Source: Marsupella aquatica
Lineage: Eukaryota; Plantae; Marchantiophyta
Direction of reading: 5' to 3'
NCBI GenBank assembly: GCA_973895155.1
Contig: OZ316898.1
Coordinates: forward strand, 8,233,079 to 8,297,078
Length of the DNA: 64,000 bases
Shown: positions 62,133 to 64,000 of the stretch, piece after piece
Layout of the letters: the number at the start of each line of letters is the position of its first letter
How positions within the stretch are numbered: position 1 is the first letter of the stretch
Made by a program: the position numbers and the translations under genes
The notes under the pieces: model-generated
The model's database searches: none
Told to the model about the DNA's origin: nothing
What the model saw: only the letters and a program-made list of their open reading frames with translations

Positions 62133-64000
62133 ATACGGTGGGCACAGAGACACCTAAATACGATACTGTACGAATTTGAAATACTAAATACGTATAATTG
62201 TCGACGATATCGTCCTTACAGTCAATTGCCGGTCACTCTGGCCGTCAACCTGTACGGGCTGTAACCCAGCGTGGGTAGCTTTATTAGTTTAGCCCCCTTT
62301 AAAGTTTTTACAATAGTTTATTCGTTTCTCTGTTTTCTGCAAACGGTACTTTGGTTAGCACGGAAATATACAGCAAACGGACAAAATAGGGGCATTTTGA
62401 ACAGCTGACAGGTGTGGTACTGTGTGATATCGGCAGAGTTTGGGGCAGGGGGGCTATTAAATAGTTTATTAATAATGGCTCCCCAGAATGACATGAATTG
62501 AATGAACGGGCATGATTGTCATGCACTGCTCTTTAGGAGTCAGATTCGTCAGACAAATTACAGCTATCGAGATGGGGTGAATGTGTAAAGGGCCTTGTAA
62601 ATTAGAGCATCAGCCCACACTGTAAACCCTAATCCTGACCGAGCCCAGGTGGCATATGAGAGATTATCCCAGCCTGCTTAGGATTTAGGGCTTGCACAGG
62701 TGGTAGCAATCCACAAAGATTTGTAACCAGTGTTCCTTTTTTATTTGGCCGGCTGCAAAATTTGACCTATCTCCGAATTGCCAAACTCGGTTTGTAATTG
62801 CTGTGAATTTGCATATAGGCCTCTGCCCAGCCAAATGTTCACATCTGAATGCAGGTGCAAAATTCCTTCCTGTTCAAACATCGATTAGGTTTTCCCAGGG
62901 GCACTTTTTAGCAGGCACTGGCGCAATAGCAAAGTTTCCTTTGTGGATCTGGGAACAATGCTGGTTTTTGAGGCCAGCTTGCTAACTTCTATCACCGGAA
63001 GCACTGGGCCGAATAATTGCTGCGGATGCTCTTACTGTCATGAAGTTCTTCACCTTTTGCAAATACCACTGCTGTCCTCATAGTACCTCGATTTCCACCA
63101 TGGTGAGGGCTTAAATCCCCGAAGCAAAACGTGGTGGATCCAGGTTACTAAAATAAACCAAAAATGGGCCGAAAACAGGAAAAAATTGTTTTATTTTATC
63201 CTCCCCAAACCTGGTCGACAGTGGTGGTTTAACCTTGGTCACCTTGGGTGAGTGGGTCCATGTACTATTTGTTAGAGAGTCCTTGCCCTTGTTCAGTAAA
63301 CAGTCCCCTGAGCATCAATCTTTAAACCTGCCCATCATTGCTTTTCTGTTCTTGTAAGGAAACAATGCCCCATCCGTGAAGAGTAGTGTGTTTCTATATT
63401 GCCTTTTTCAACAAACAGTCATCCTCAGAAACAGGTAATTCATTCATCCATGATAGCAAGTTGAATTGGAAGTTCAACTCATTTCACTTCTTGATATTTG
63501 GATTTTTGTCATATGAATTGCAACTGTAGATTCTATTGTGAATATCTAGGATACTCGGTCCTATTATTATTTTTGAAGCTGCTATATGGTGAATGCACAT
63601 TTCAGATTTTGTCTTATTCAGATTTTTGTGTCATGTATTTTCATTTCAATCTGCCTTATCAAGGGGCAGCCTTTGTATCCTATACATTTTTAATTAATTT
63701 TTAGCCCCCTTTAGTTTTAGGTATTCTAGAATGTTTTGAACTTATTTTGGCAGCCCCCTTTCACATTATGTGTTTTCTTAGAGATGAAACCAAAGGCTTC
63801 ACCACCACTAGTGAGAGAAATGATGCTGAAGAACATGAATGCATAACTTTTAAGTTCTCCTCATGTTTTTCTTTCCTAGGTTTATGGTTTTTATTGAAAG
63901 GAGTGTCATTCATAAGGCACCCTGAGTTAAGTGCACACATCTTAGCATCGTTTGACTGTACCTTTTCTTGGTTAGTGTGCTTTTCTTGGCAGACACTTTA

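Overview
Eukaryotic nuclear DNA from a land plant, most likely a bryophyte or liverwort. This is inferred from the gene set, the SSR-rich long 5' leaders and the intron style. Five protein-coding genes can be reconstructed: an intronless armadillo-repeat kinesin (ARK, +, 1963-4953), a 6-exon GPI-transamidase subunit GAA1 (+, 8716-12377), a 4-coding-exon zf-CW/MBD protein (-, 13835-16293), a ~14-exon MUS81 endonuclease (+, 20925-26299) and a 5-exon TERMINAL EAR1-like/MEI2-like RRM protein (-, 46211-51061). A full-length Ty1/copia LTR retrotransposon (29645-35322) has near-identical LTRs, a GGGGT target-site duplication, a tRNA-iMet PBS and a PPT, yet its single gag-pol frame is broken by four stop codons. 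Intergenic DNA holds a TAA-flanked Harbinger/Tourist-type MITE, a foldback element, microsatellites and many short tandem duplications. The last ~12 kb has no recognisable gene. The most notable observations are a PAM2-like (PABP-binding) motif in the TEL protein, a duplicated in-phase exon in MUS81, the complete lack of CDS introns in ARK, and the young-LTR/dead-ORF copia with a variable MYB/ACGT repeat array in its LTRs. I found no clear evidence of a wholly new multi-gene system.
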